Assembly: GCA_965217775.1 (NCBI GenBank)
Contig: CBDCJH010000002.1
Location: 2,208,001 to 2,272,000, forward strand
Direction of reading: 5' to 3'
Length of the DNA: 64,000 nt
Origin: Acidobacteriota bacterium
Lineage (GTDB): Bacteria > Acidobacteriota > UBA6911 > RPQK01 > JAJDTT01
In this document: one piece after another, positions 46,385 through 56,384 of the stretch
Layout of the letters: every line of letters begins with the position of its first letter
How positions within the stretch are numbered: the stretch's first letter is position 1
Position numbers and translations under genes: made by a program
The notes under the pieces: generated by a model
Told to the model about the DNA's origin: nothing
The model's input: only the letters and a program-made list of their open reading frames with translations
Database searches by the model: none

Positions 46385-47746
46385 TCAGACGAGCCGTCGA
46401 AACCCGGTGTGTTTCACCGGGCCGCCGATCCGCGGCTCGATATCTCCCTTCTGAATCGCCTCAGCCAGTTCTTGGAACACCGGCTCGCAGGCCTCCAGGA
46501 ACTGCTCCACGTGCGTCTCCTGGTGGGCAAAAGTGGGATAGAAGCCGCCGGCCACCAGGAATCCCCGGTCCAGCATGCGCACGGTCCAAAGAGTCTGAAG
46601 AGCCGCCGCTTCGGGATGGTCGAAATGGTAGAAGGTGAGGGCCGGATGACCGGTGGCTCCGAAGGGGACTCCGCAACGGTCTCCCAGTTCCTTCAGGCCC
46701 TGCCTGGCCGCTTCCCCGATCCGCGCCACGTGTGAGCGAACGTCCTCCCTCTGAAACTTGCGGATGGTGGCCAGGGCGGCCGTGGGACCCACCGCCTCCG
46801 TCCAGAGCGCGCTGGAGATGAAGCTGTTCTGGGCCGCCTGCATGATCTCGCGCCGGCCCACTACAGCCGAGATGGGGTGCCCGTTTCCGGTGGTCTTGGC
46901 GAATACCGCCATGTCCGGCTCCAGCCCGTACTTCAGGTGGGCGCCTCCCAGCCAGAGCCTCCAGCCGATGGTGATCTCATCCATGATCAGGCAGGCTCCG
47001 CAACGGGTGGCCAGTTCCCGGATCTCCTCCAGGAACCCGGGATTGGGATCGTAGTTGCGGGTCGGCTCCATGACGATGGCGGCCAGTCTCGAGCCGTGCC
47101 GGTCCACGATGGCTCTGAGTTCCTCGATCTTGTTATAGGTGAACGGCATGGCCGTGCCGGCCAGCCCGCTGGGCACGCCTGCCGGTTCCAGCCCCGGCAT
47201 CAGGTGTCCCCCTCCCAACCGGTCCACCGTCTCTTCGCTGCGGTCGACGGGAAGATTGGCGGCCAGGTACCAGTCGTGCCAACCGTGGTAGCCGCAGAAC
47301 GCCACCTTGTCCCTCCCGGTATAGGCTCGAGCGATCCGCACCGCGATGGTCATGCTCTCTCCGCCAAGCCGCCCGAACCGCACCATCTGAGCCCAGGGAT
47401 GGAGTTCCAGAATCAGTTCGGCCAACTCCACCTCATCGGGGGGATTCAAGGAAGACATGCAACCGTTGCGCACCCGCCGGATGACCGCCTCGGTCACGTC
47501 AGGATCGGCATACCCCAGGAGCGTGGCGCCAATGCCGGCCATGGACATGTCGACGTAGTGGTTTCCGTCCACGTCCACGGTCTCGCAGCCCTGGGCCTGG
47601 GCGAAGTAGGCCGGCCACTGCCCCGGAGCGGTCATTTCCTGGCGCTTGCCGTAGAGCTGCGTCGCGCCGGGGATGAGCTCCCGGGCCCGGTCATACATCT
47701 TCTGACCCAAGATTCTCTTATTTCCTTTTTTATTGACTATTTGCAA
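46385..47746 (-). CDS. Class III aminotransferase (GSA aminomutase-like)
   Basis: DVDGNHYVD, GYHGWHDW, MDEITIGWR and FAKTTGNG motifs. Confidence 0.88.
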   Translation of the reverse strand: MQIVNKKGNKRILGQKMYDRARELIPGATQLYGKRQEMTAPGQWPAYFAQAQGCETVDVDGNHYVDMSMAGIGATLLGYADPDVTEAVIRRVRNGCMSSLNPPDEVELAELILELHPWAQMVRFGRLGGESMTIAVRIARAYTGRDKVAFCGYHGWHDWYLAANLPVDRSEETVDRLGGGHLMPGLEPAGVPSGLAGTAMPFTYNKIEELRAIVDRHGSRLAAIVMEPTRNYDPNPGFLEEIRELATRCGACLIMDEITIGWRLWLGGAHLKYGLEPDMAVFAKTTGNGHPISAVVGRREIMQAAQNSFISSALWTEAVGPTAALATIRKFQREDVRSHVARIGEAARQGLKELGDRCGVPFGATGHPALTFYHFDHPEAAALQTLWTVRMLDRGFLVAGGFYPTFAHQETHVEQFLEACEPVFQELAEAIQKGDIEPRIGGPVKHTGFRRLV

Positions 47747-47974
47747 TTTACTGTCTCCTAAGTTACCTGACCTTCATCCAAGCACTTCAAGTGAAACTTC
47801 ACCCCGAATTTGATGCGAAACATATCCAACCGCAGGTGCCCGGTCAACATTCTCGGGCGGCTGTGCCCATCAGTTCCGGGGTCTCCCGACGGGCTCGCGA
47901 AGCGGACCTCGATCCAATATGATGGGGCGCCCTGAGGAGGACTCTCCTCCTCCGACCAAGGGAGAGCAACGAAC

Positions 47975-49117
47975 ATGGTGTACGACCCCGGAAAGATCTA
48001 TCGCGCCGCCCTCATCGGTTGCGGCTCCATGGGCAGCTACTGCATGGACGAGCTCCAGAACGCGACGGGCCGGATCCTGCTCCCCTTCGGACACGCGGAG
48101 ATCCTGAAGACCCATCCCAGGACCCGGTTGGTTGCGGGGGCGGACCCGGACCGGGGACGCCTGGAGGACTTCGGAAAACGATGGGAGGTCGACGCCCTCT
48201 ATTCGGACCACCGCGAGATGCTGGAAGCCGAGCGCCCAGAAATCGTAGCCATCGCCAGCCCCCCCGATTTCCATGCCCCCCAGGTCGTCGACTGCGCCCA
48301 GAGTGGAGTCAAGGGCATCTTCTGCGAAAAACCGTTCACCACCAAATTGGCGCTGGCCGACCGGATGATCGAGTCCTGCCGCAAGACCGGCACCCGCTTG
48401 GCCGTCAACCACACTCGCAGGGGCGATCCCCTGATCCTCCGTTCACGCCGCCTCCTGGACGAGGGGCGCATCGGAGAGGTCCTCAGCATCGTCGCCACCT
48501 GGCCCGGACGCCTCTTCCTGTCGGGAACCCACTGGTTCGATCTGGTGAACTACCTGGCCGGAGACTCGCCGCCGGCCTGGGTCGTGGGGCACTCGGAAGA
48601 TCCCGAAATATCGATGGTGGCCATTCCCACCCAGCGGGGACGGGATCTGGGCGGCACCCTCTACGCCGTGTATCCGAACGGGATCCGGGCCTTCTTCAAC
48701 GGCAGGGACAGTCACGCGGGCTATCGCGTGGAGGTGAACGGCACCCAGGGCGTGCTCAACATCGAACCTAACGGAGTCCGCCTCTGGAAGATCAATGCGG
48801 GGAGCGTGTTCCGGGAGCTCCTGGAACACCCGTTTCCCCAGATGATGCACCATACCGCGCCCATGGTTTACCTCCTGGAAGACCTGCTGGAGGCGGTGGA
48901 AACGGGCCGCGAGCCCCTCTCCAACGGAATCACGGCCCGGAACGCCCTGGAACTGATCCTGGCGACCCATGATTCCTCCCGGAGAGGCAACGTCAAGATC
49001 CAACTGCCCTTGCAAGATCGAGAGCTGAGGCCTCCATTCCGGTGGCAGAATCCTGACGGCTCCACGTTCTACAGCGCGACCGCAGGAGACGGCTCTCCTC
49101 CCTCCGATGATTCGTAA
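47975..49117 (+). CDS. Gfo/Idh/MocA oxidoreductase
   Basis: IGCGSMG, FCEKP, VNHTRR and GTHWFD motifs. Confidence 0.9.
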   Translation: MVYDPGKIYRAALIGCGSMGSYCMDELQNATGRILLPFGHAEILKTHPRTRLVAGADPDRGRLEDFGKRWEVDALYSDHREMLEAERPEIVAIASPPDFHAPQVVDCAQSGVKGIFCEKPFTTKLALADRMIESCRKTGTRLAVNHTRRGDPLILRSRRLLDEGRIGEVLSIVATWPGRLFLSGTHWFDLVNYLAGDSPPAWVVGHSEDPEISMVAIPTQRGRDLGGTLYAVYPNGIRAFFNGRDSHAGYRVEVNGTQGVLNIEPNGVRLWKINAGSVFRELLEHPFPQMMHHTAPMVYLLEDLLEAVETGREPLSNGITARNALELILATHDSSRRGNVKIQLPLQDRELRPPFRWQNPDGSTFYSATAGDGSPPSDDS

Positions 49118-50726
49118 CCACCGCCTCCTGCTCGCCAAGCTGGTCTTTCTGCTGGGATGGACCTCGTCGTGCGCCCCCGCCACCGACACCGGATTTGATC
49201 CCGCCGGCGACACCGACCGGTCCGAGAGCCTCCGTTTCGCGTGGCAGGGAGATCTGACGCCCATGTGGCACCCTTCCGGATACGAAACCTTCAGTCAGGC
49301 GGTGATTTTCTTCCTCCTCTTCAACAAGCTGGTCCGCCTGGGTCCGGACCTGACGACCATACTTCCCGACTTGGCCGAGAGTTGGGAGGTCTCCCCCGAC
49401 GCCCGCGTCTTCACGTTCCGGTTGCGGCGGGACGTCCGCTGGCACGACGGCGAACCCTTCACCGCCCGGGACGTGGAGTTCAGCTTCAGCCGCCAGCTCC
49501 TGGAGCCCTACCGGTACGTCAAATTCGCCGGCGGGATCGCCGGAGCGGAAGCCTATGAGGAGGGAAGGTCCGACCGTCTGGAGGGCCTGGAGGCGCTCGA
49601 CGACTTCACGGTTCGAATTACGCTTCGGGGACCCGACGTCACGTTCCTGCAGAAACTCGCCGAGCCGTCCATGGTGATCATTCCGTCTCACCTCCTGGCG
49701 GGAGTCGAGCCCGACGCCGTGCAGTCGGCGTCCTTCACCACCACTCGTCCCGTGGGAACCGGTCCCTTTCGCTTCGTGAAATACTTGACCGACCTCTACC
49801 TGGAGTTGGAGTCGAATCCGGACTACTTCCGGGGCGCCCCCTCGATTCGCAGGGTCTACATGAAACGTCTCCGGCCGGAGGTGACGGTGGCGCAACTGGA
49901 GAGCGGGGAGCTGGACCTGGGAATGCGGCTTCAACTTCTGGACTACGACCGGTTGGCGGCCCTGCCCCACCTGGAGACGACGACCCGTTCCGGCATCGGC
50001 ATGATCTCGGTGGGGTTCCCCCTGGACCGCCCCGTGGTTCAGGACCGCCGCCTGCGCCAGGCCATCTACTGCGCCATCGATCGGAAGACCGTGGCCCGAA
50101 CCCTGTTCCGGGGCCGTGCCAAGGCCATGGAGGGGATCCCGCTCGGCATGGAGCCGGACGCGAGACTCGACCCCTACGAGCACGACCTGGAAAGAGCCAG
50201 GAGGTTGTTGAAGGAGTCGGGCTTCGACACGGCGACTCCGCTGCGCCTCATCTACGACCAGACTTATCCCCGCGCGGCCCAGATCTATCCCATCATCGGC
50301 CAACAGTTGAGAGCCTTGGGACTGAGGGTGCAGTTGGAGGCCATGGAATCGACGGCGTACATCGCCCGCCGCTACGAGCAGCGGGACACCTACGAAATGT
50401 CGGGGAGCCATGGCGGAGCCTACGGTCTCGGGCCTCACGTGACCTCCACCTACTTCAACTGCCGGCGGGCCGACTGGCAGTATGGCTATACCAATTGCGA
50501 TCTGGAGCGCTACTTTGAGGAAGCGACGGCCACCGTGGACCCGGACCGGCGGCGGGACCTCTACTTCCAAGCCGCCCGCCTGCTGAACCGGGACCTGCCC
50601 CTCCTGCCCCTCTGGGCGCCCGACGAGGTCCACGCGCGCCATGGTCGGCTGGGGGGTGGCTTTGCTCTCCACCGGGACGCACGCCGGACGTTCGGCAACA
50701 TCGAGACCTGGACCTTGAAGCCCTAG
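49107..50726 (+). CDS. Peptide/nickel-type ABC substrate-binding lipoprotein
   Basis: PDLAESWEVS, WHDGEPFTARDV and VGTGPF motifs. Confidence 0.92.
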   Translation: MIRNHRLLLAKLVFLLGWTSSCAPATDTGFDPAGDTDRSESLRFAWQGDLTPMWHPSGYETFSQAVIFFLLFNKLVRLGPDLTTILPDLAESWEVSPDARVFTFRLRRDVRWHDGEPFTARDVEFSFSRQLLEPYRYVKFAGGIAGAEAYEEGRSDRLEGLEALDDFTVRITLRGPDVTFLQKLAEPSMVIIPSHLLAGVEPDAVQSASFTTTRPVGTGPFRFVKYLTDLYLELESNPDYFRGAPSIRRVYMKRLRPEVTVAQLESGELDLGMRLQLLDYDRLAALPHLETTTRSGIGMISVGFPLDRPVVQDRRLRQAIYCAIDRKTVARTLFRGRAKAMEGIPLGMEPDARLDPYEHDLERARRLLKESGFDTATPLRLIYDQTYPRAAQIYPIIGQQLRALGLRVQLEAMESTAYIARRYEQRDTYEMSGSHGGAYGLGPHVTSTYFNCRRADWQYGYTNCDLERYFEEATATVDPDRRRDLYFQAARLLNRDLPLLPLWAPDEVHARHGRLGGGFALHRDARRTFGNIETWTLKP

Positions 50727-50741
50727 CCGAGAAGGCCAGCC

Positions 50742-51725
50742 ATGGGCCGTTACCTGCTCCGCCGCCTGCTGATCGCGATCCCGGTGCTCTTGGGCATCAC
50801 CTTCGTCGCCTTCGCGGCATTGGCGCTGGCTCCGGGAGACCCGATTCTGGCCCGGATCGATCCCAGCATCCTGGCCCAGCAGTCGCCGGAGTGGATCGAG
50901 GAGCGCCGCCGCGAGCTGGGACTGGACCGACCCATTCCCGTCCAATACGCGAAATGGCTAACCGGTCTTGTCCAGGGGGATCTGGGTTACTCGGTGGCGA
51001 CCCGCCGGTCGGTGGGTGCCGAGCTGCGGACGCGTCTTCCGGTCAGCCTGAAGCTCATGGGTGCGGCCCTGTTGTTCGGGATTGTCATCGGAATCCCATT
51101 CGGCGCGCTGGCCGCGCTCAAGCAACACTCGCGGCTGGACTATGCCCTCAGCTCCCTCACCATGCTCCTGATCTCCACCCCGACCTTTTTCCTCGGACTG
51201 CTGGCCATCTATCTGTTCGGTGTCCATCTGAGGCTGCTGCCGACGGGTGGCATGGCGACCCTGGGTACCGTCCCCAACCTGGCCGATCAGATCCGGCACC
51301 TGGTGCTGCCGGCCACGGTCCTGGGACTGCGGAACGCCGCCCTGCTGATGCGGCACACGCGGAGCAGCCTGTTGGAGGTCCTCCGTGAAGATCACGTGAC
51401 CACGGCCCGCGGCAAGGGATTGTCCCAGCGGGTCGTGTTCCTGCGTCATGTCCTGAGGAACGCCCTCATCCCCATCATCAGCGTCCTGGGATTCCTGCTG
51501 CCCGAGTTGGTGGTGGGAGCGGTGATCACGGAACAGGTCTTCGCCTGGCCGGGGATGGGATTCATGGCCGTTCGAGCGGCGGCGGACCGCGACCCCTCCA
51601 TGCTCATGGGAGTGGTCCTGGTGGTGGGAATCGGAGTCCTCCTGAGCTCCCTGCTGGCGGACATCGGCTACGCCATCGCCGACCCCAGGGTCCGCTTCGC
51701 CCGAAAGCAGAGAACATGGATCTGA
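50742..51725 (+). CDS. ABC permease (DppB/OppB-like)
   Basis: GDLGYS, TARGKGL and EQVFAWPGMG motifs. Confidence 0.92.
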   Translation: MGRYLLRRLLIAIPVLLGITFVAFAALALAPGDPILARIDPSILAQQSPEWIEERRRELGLDRPIPVQYAKWLTGLVQGDLGYSVATRRSVGAELRTRLPVSLKLMGAALLFGIVIGIPFGALAALKQHSRLDYALSSLTMLLISTPTFFLGLLAIYLFGVHLRLLPTGGMATLGTVPNLADQIRHLVLPATVLGLRNAALLMRHTRSSLLEVLREDHVTTARGKGLSQRVVFLRHVLRNALIPIISVLGFLLPELVVGAVITEQVFAWPGMGFMAVRAAADRDPSMLMGVVLVVGIGVLLSSLLADIGYAIADPRVRFARKQRTWI

Positions 51726-52594
51726 CACGAGACGAAGGGAGACCGGCGAGACTCCGCCGGGGTCCGGGACCCTGGGCTCGATTCTTGCGCCACCGGCTCG
51801 CCTGCGGTGGCTCGGTCTTCCTGGGAATCATCATCCTGGCCGCCCTCCTGGCTCCCTGGGTGGGCCGGCACGACCCCTTCCATACGGAACTGGAACATCT
51901 CAACCAGGCACCCGACGCCGTCCATTGGCTGGGGACGGATCTGATCGGAAGAGATGTCTGGAGCCGGGTGATCCATGGCAGCCGCACCTCTCTGACCGTG
52001 GGAATCCTGGCAGTCGTCCTCTCCACGCTGATCGGCTCGCTGCTGGGTGCGCTGGCGGGATATTCAGGTGGTGTCGTCGATCAGGCCGTCATGAGGGCCA
52101 CGGAAGTCATGATGAGCATCCCGGTCCTGCTCATGGTCATGCTCTTCGTCTCGCTGCTGGGGCCCAGTCTCACCTCGGTCACCCTGGTCATCGGGCTGCT
52201 GGGCTGGTCCAGCACCTGCCGCGTCGTGAGGGGAGAGGTCCTGGTGCTGCGAGAGAAGGATTTCATCATGGCGGCCCGGTCCCTGGGCAACGGCCACGCC
52301 CGCGTCATCCTGCGGCACATCCTGCCCAACACCGTGGGCCCACTGAGCGTGATCGCCACCTTCGGTTTCGCCAACGCCATCCTGCTGGAGGCGGCGCTCA
52401 GCTTTCTGGGCCTGGGAGTCCCCCCTCCCACGCCGAGTTGGGGAGGGATGCTCAACGAGGCGCAGTCGCCCACGGTGCTGGCCGACATGCCCTGGCTCTG
52501 GATGGCGCCCGGGGCCGCCATCGCCGTGACGGTGCTGGCCGTCAATTTCATCGGGGACGGACTGAGAGACTCGGCGGACGTTCGATCCCTTTGA
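51716..52594 (+). CDS. ABC permease (DppC/OppC-like)
   Basis: HWLGTD..GRD, AARSLG, LSFLGLG and PSWG motifs. Confidence 0.92.
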   Translation: MDLTRDEGRPARLRRGPGPWARFLRHRLACGGSVFLGIIILAALLAPWVGRHDPFHTELEHLNQAPDAVHWLGTDLIGRDVWSRVIHGSRTSLTVGILAVVLSTLIGSLLGALAGYSGGVVDQAVMRATEVMMSIPVLLMVMLFVSLLGPSLTSVTLVIGLLGWSSTCRVVRGEVLVLREKDFIMAARSLGNGHARVILRHILPNTVGPLSVIATFGFANAILLEAALSFLGLGVPPPTPSWGGMLNEAQSPTVLADMPWLWMAPGAAIAVTVLAVNFIGDGLRDSADVRSL

Positions 52595-52619
52595 GACGGA
52601 TCGCTTCGGCCCAGTGAAC

Positions 52620-54489
52620 TCAATTTGCCACCAGACCCAGTTCCCCGGCCTTCCGCCGAATCTGGTCCATTCGATCCTGGACCGGAACCAGTCGGTTCCC
52701 GTCCGGCGTGGCGCGAGCCAAGTGGAAGAATTCGTACAGATCGAAACCGGCGAAGCGACGGTCGCGCCAGATTTGTTCCATGTCCTCTACATATTCTTCG
52801 ATGGGAATGGCCCGGGCCACGTACCGGTTCAGGTAGACCGGAAGGCCCAGGTGTTCCGTCACCTCCAGGACCTCTCCCACCACCGGGTCGGCCAGGACGT
52901 CGTTCAGCCTGCTTCTCCGAGCTGGAGATCCGTCCAACGGATCCTCGGCGGCCTCGTACCAACTGGATCTCAGGGTCACGGCGTCGGCCAGTCCCTCGTC
53001 CAGCCATTGCCGCCAGGCGAAGTGGATGTTGGCCGGGAAACCCATAAGCTGACCGAAGACGGGATCGGGACGGAACGCCTCGGTGTGGACCTGCACCTGG
53101 AAGAGCTTCCCGGCTCTCCGGGTCATGGCGCTGGCTTCGCGGACGAATCGGGTGTAGGCCTCGCCCCGCAGAGCGCCCAGGAGGTCCGGATCGAAGTCTT
53201 CCCGCCGGATGTCGACTCCGTGCCGTTCCCGGTAGGCCTCCACCACGGGAGGGTTGAAACCGTACTCGCAGGGCTCGTCGGTGAGGGTCCCGTGAGCCGA
53301 GGCGCGGAGCACGACGCCGTCAACGCCCTTTTCCAACATGCGGTTGACACGCCACCTCCAGAGCCGCCGGACCTCGGGATAGAACTCGCACGGCGCGACC
53401 GGCAGATAGTCGTTCTTGCCCCGGGCAAATGCAATGAAACCACCTCCGGGCCCCCGACCCAGCTCGGCCCGATGTTCATGCCAGGTGCGGGTCTGCGATG
53501 CTTTCGGCGTCGACCCTTCGGCCGCTGGTTCCCGGACCCCGTCCAGATGGAGCAGACGGGTCCCATATCCCGAGTCGAACTCCAGGCCGTAAGTGCGGAA
53601 GTCGCGCGGCCGAACCCAGGTGGCGTCCCCAGTGGCCACCACAATGGGCAGGGTTTCGGGACCCGGACCGAAGACTTGGATCATGCCCAGAGCCGTATTC
53701 TCGAAGTCGGCCGTTCCGTCTCGGAACTTGGTGGCCACCACCAGATAGGGGTCTCGGAGATCGAAACCCGTGAGGGTGAGAACCCGGACGGAATCTCCTT
53801 TTCTGGTAACCACTTGTCCGTAATAGTCTCGAATTTCCTGGAGGGACGGATCCACCGTCTCTTCGAGCCGGAAGTCCACCTGCCGGCACCGGTACCGGTA
53901 GTTGTCCGGACTGCTCCAGATCTCCAGATGCCGGGCCCGGATTCGAGTGGGAGAATCGTCCCGTTTGATCAGCCGAATCCGGCGAATGGGAATGGCTTGT
54001 AGGTTCAGCGTACCCTTCAGAGGACGGCGCTGGATCCGGGTGTGTGGAAACCTTTCCATGAACGGGTTGAAGCACTGGAGACTTCCCCCGATCCGGCGCA
54101 CCGGCGTTGCGGGGTCCGAATCCGGCGAGCCTTCGGGATAGGTGGCCGACATCCCGGTGTGATAGGGCTTCAGGACCCCGAAGATTTCCAGGCCCCGGCG
54201 GTGGGCCGCCCGCACGGCGGCCTCCAACGGCTCCCCGATCGCCGCCAGCGTGAGGGGCCCGTACTTCGCCCAAGGGGTCGCGAAGCATGTTGGTTCCGGC
54301 GCCGTAACGGTCCTGCTCCAAGTCTCCCAGGTACTGCCAGTACACCCGGGTGACTCCCAGACGGCGGGCCGCCCGCATCATCAGGTCCAGGGTGTGAGGC
54401 GTATAGAGCCCCCTGCCCCCGTCACCGAAGAAATCCACCGTCATGGAGAGCTTGAATGGCGGCTCTCGGTCGACCCGGACCGGCGGCAT
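52620..54489 (-). pseudogene. GHL10-like TIM-barrel protein split by a single frameshift (~54275-54290)
   Basis: 5' frame gives ..GVTRVYWQY..; 3' frame gives ..PLEAAVRAAHRRGLEI..YPEVR..KGVDGV..YGFNPP. Joined product is about 620 aa. Confidence 0.65.
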
Positions 54490-54502
54490 GGAGTCCCCGC
54501 GG

Positions 54503-55612
54503 TCAGGAGATGTGGGCGCCCTGGGTCTCGACGTAAACGGCGTAGAGTGACTGGCTGGCGGTCATGAAGAGGCGGTTGCGCTTCCGGCCTCCGAAGCAGA
54601 CGTTGCCGCAGATCTCGGGGAGGCGGATCTGCCCGATGCGTTCCCCGTCCGGAGCGAAGATGTGGACTCCATCGTATCCATTTCCGACCCAGCCGGCGCT
54701 GGCCCAGACGTTGCCGTCCACGTCGGCCCGGATCCCGTCGGCGAAGCCCGCCTTTCCGTTCAACTCCATGGAGGTGAACTCGCGGCCGCCGGAGAGGCGT
54801 TTCCCGTCGACCACGTCCCAGACCTTGATGTGCTTGGGAGCCTCCGGGTAGTGGGAGGCGCCGGTGTCGGCCACGTAGAGCTTCTTGTAGTCCGGAGAGA
54901 AGCAGAGCCCGTTGGGCTTGAAGATCTCGTCCGTCACCTTGTCCATCCGGCCGCTCGCGGCGTCGATCCGGTAGACGGCTTCCTTGATGTGGAGCGTTCC
55001 CTTGTGTCCCTCGTAGTTCATGAGACTGCCGTATCCGGGATCGGTGAACCAGATAGCGCCGTCGTCCGGATGCACCACCACATCGTTGGGAGCGTTGAGC
55101 GGCTTCCCATCCCACTCGCTGGCCAGCACCGTGGGCGTGCCGTCCGGCTCGTAACGCACGACCCGCCGGGTGCCGTGCTCGCAGGAGATCTGGCGTCCCT
55201 GGTAATCGAACGTATTCCCGTTGCTGTTTCCCGAGGGGGACCGGAAAACGCTCACGTGTCCGTCCTCGTCCAGCCAGCGCAACTGCCGGTCGTTGGGAAT
55301 GTCGCTCCAGACCAGGTAACGTCCCACCCCACTCCAGGCGGGTCCCTCCGCCCAGAGGGTTCCGGTGTAAAGGCGCTGGATGGGCGTATTGCCCAACTTG
55401 TAGCGGGCGAAGCGTTGGTCCAGCACGACGATGTCGGGGTCCGGATAGCGCACCGGTTGCGCCGAGGGTCCATATTCCCTGCCCAGGACGGGAACCGACG
55501 CGGCCGCAGCCGCCAGGAAGGAGCGCCGCCCCCATCGGTCCCATCGATAGGAAGAAGTTTTTGATGTATGGCTTCTTATCGTTTTCATCTGTGCACTGGC
55601 ACCTGTCTTCAT
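54503..55612 (-). CDS. SMP-30/gluconolactonase family protein with Tat-like signal
   Basis: GRRSFL; WAEGPAW, SNGN, NAPND, PNGLCFSPD and ADGIRAD motifs. Confidence 0.9.
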   Translation of the reverse strand: MKTGASAQMKTIRSHTSKTSSYRWDRWGRRSFLAAAAASVPVLGREYGPSAQPVRYPDPDIVVLDQRFARYKLGNTPIQRLYTGTLWAEGPAWSGVGRYLVWSDIPNDRQLRWLDEDGHVSVFRSPSGNSNGNTFDYQGRQISCEHGTRRVVRYEPDGTPTVLASEWDGKPLNAPNDVVVHPDDGAIWFTDPGYGSLMNYEGHKGTLHIKEAVYRIDAASGRMDKVTDEIFKPNGLCFSPDYKKLYVADTGASHYPEAPKHIKVWDVVDGKRLSGGREFTSMELNGKAGFADGIRADVDGNVWASAGWVGNGYDGVHIFAPDGERIGQIRLPEICGNVCFGGRKRNRLFMTASQSLYAVYVETQGAHIS

Positions 55613-55743
55613 ATGGAACCTCCGTCCCCAGGATTGCACATCTCGCTGCCGGGATGAAGTAGACGGGCTCGCACAAACGATCCCAGCTGAATGGAAACGC
55701 ACCGACGAACACCCGACCTCAGGAGGTGCTACTATTCGTTACC

Positions 55744-56229
55744 ATGCCAAATCAAGAAACCGTCCGATTGGTTTGGCACGAGTTGGTGGACTCCGATCGG
55801 CTGCGCCGCTACTACGGCTACTTGGCGGACAAATTCTCAAGACAAGAAACACGACTTTCATGGATCTGTGTCGGCTTGTCCTCCGGTACCGTGGTTACCG
55901 TATTGTCGGATCGTCCGCTTTGGGCTGCCACCCTGGCTGCCCTGATCGCTCTACTCAATGGCTGGTTGGTCATAGCGAAGCTTTCAAAGAGGGCTTTGTC
56001 GAGCGCCTCCCGCCAGTAGCGTTTCGGTGAGTTGCAACTTGAATGGGAAAAGTTGTGTTCCGACTTGAGCGCAATGGAGGACGATGCCGTTTGCCGACGC
56101 TGGAGACAACTGTCCGATCGACCCAGCATTCCGCCAAGTCGGCCGCCTGACCGACCGGGCGGCACAGTGACCAAGGCCGGTTGGCTACCACCGGCGACGC
56201 CACTTCCGCCCCTCCACCTCTGCCCCTGA
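55744..56229 (+). pseudogene. Two-TM SLATT-like protein interrupted by an in-frame TAG (56017)
   Basis: ORFs 55726-56019 and 56032-56229 share a frame; two hydrophobic helices followed by a LQLEWEKL helix. Confidence 0.45.
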
Positions 56230-56384
56230 AAAAGTGAGGAGTCGAAGAACCGTTCCCTGACCAGAAACCCCGAGTTGGCCTGCTGTGGCATGGTGTTTCG
56301 TCGAGTGAGCCGGTACCGCGCGGAGACGACAAATCCCTGTAGCGGAAAATGACTCGATAGATGGCACCGGACAGGAGAAGACGG

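Noticed and set aside
48993-50945. 650-aa minus-strand ORF
   Set aside because: Antisense shadow of the ABC substrate-binding gene.
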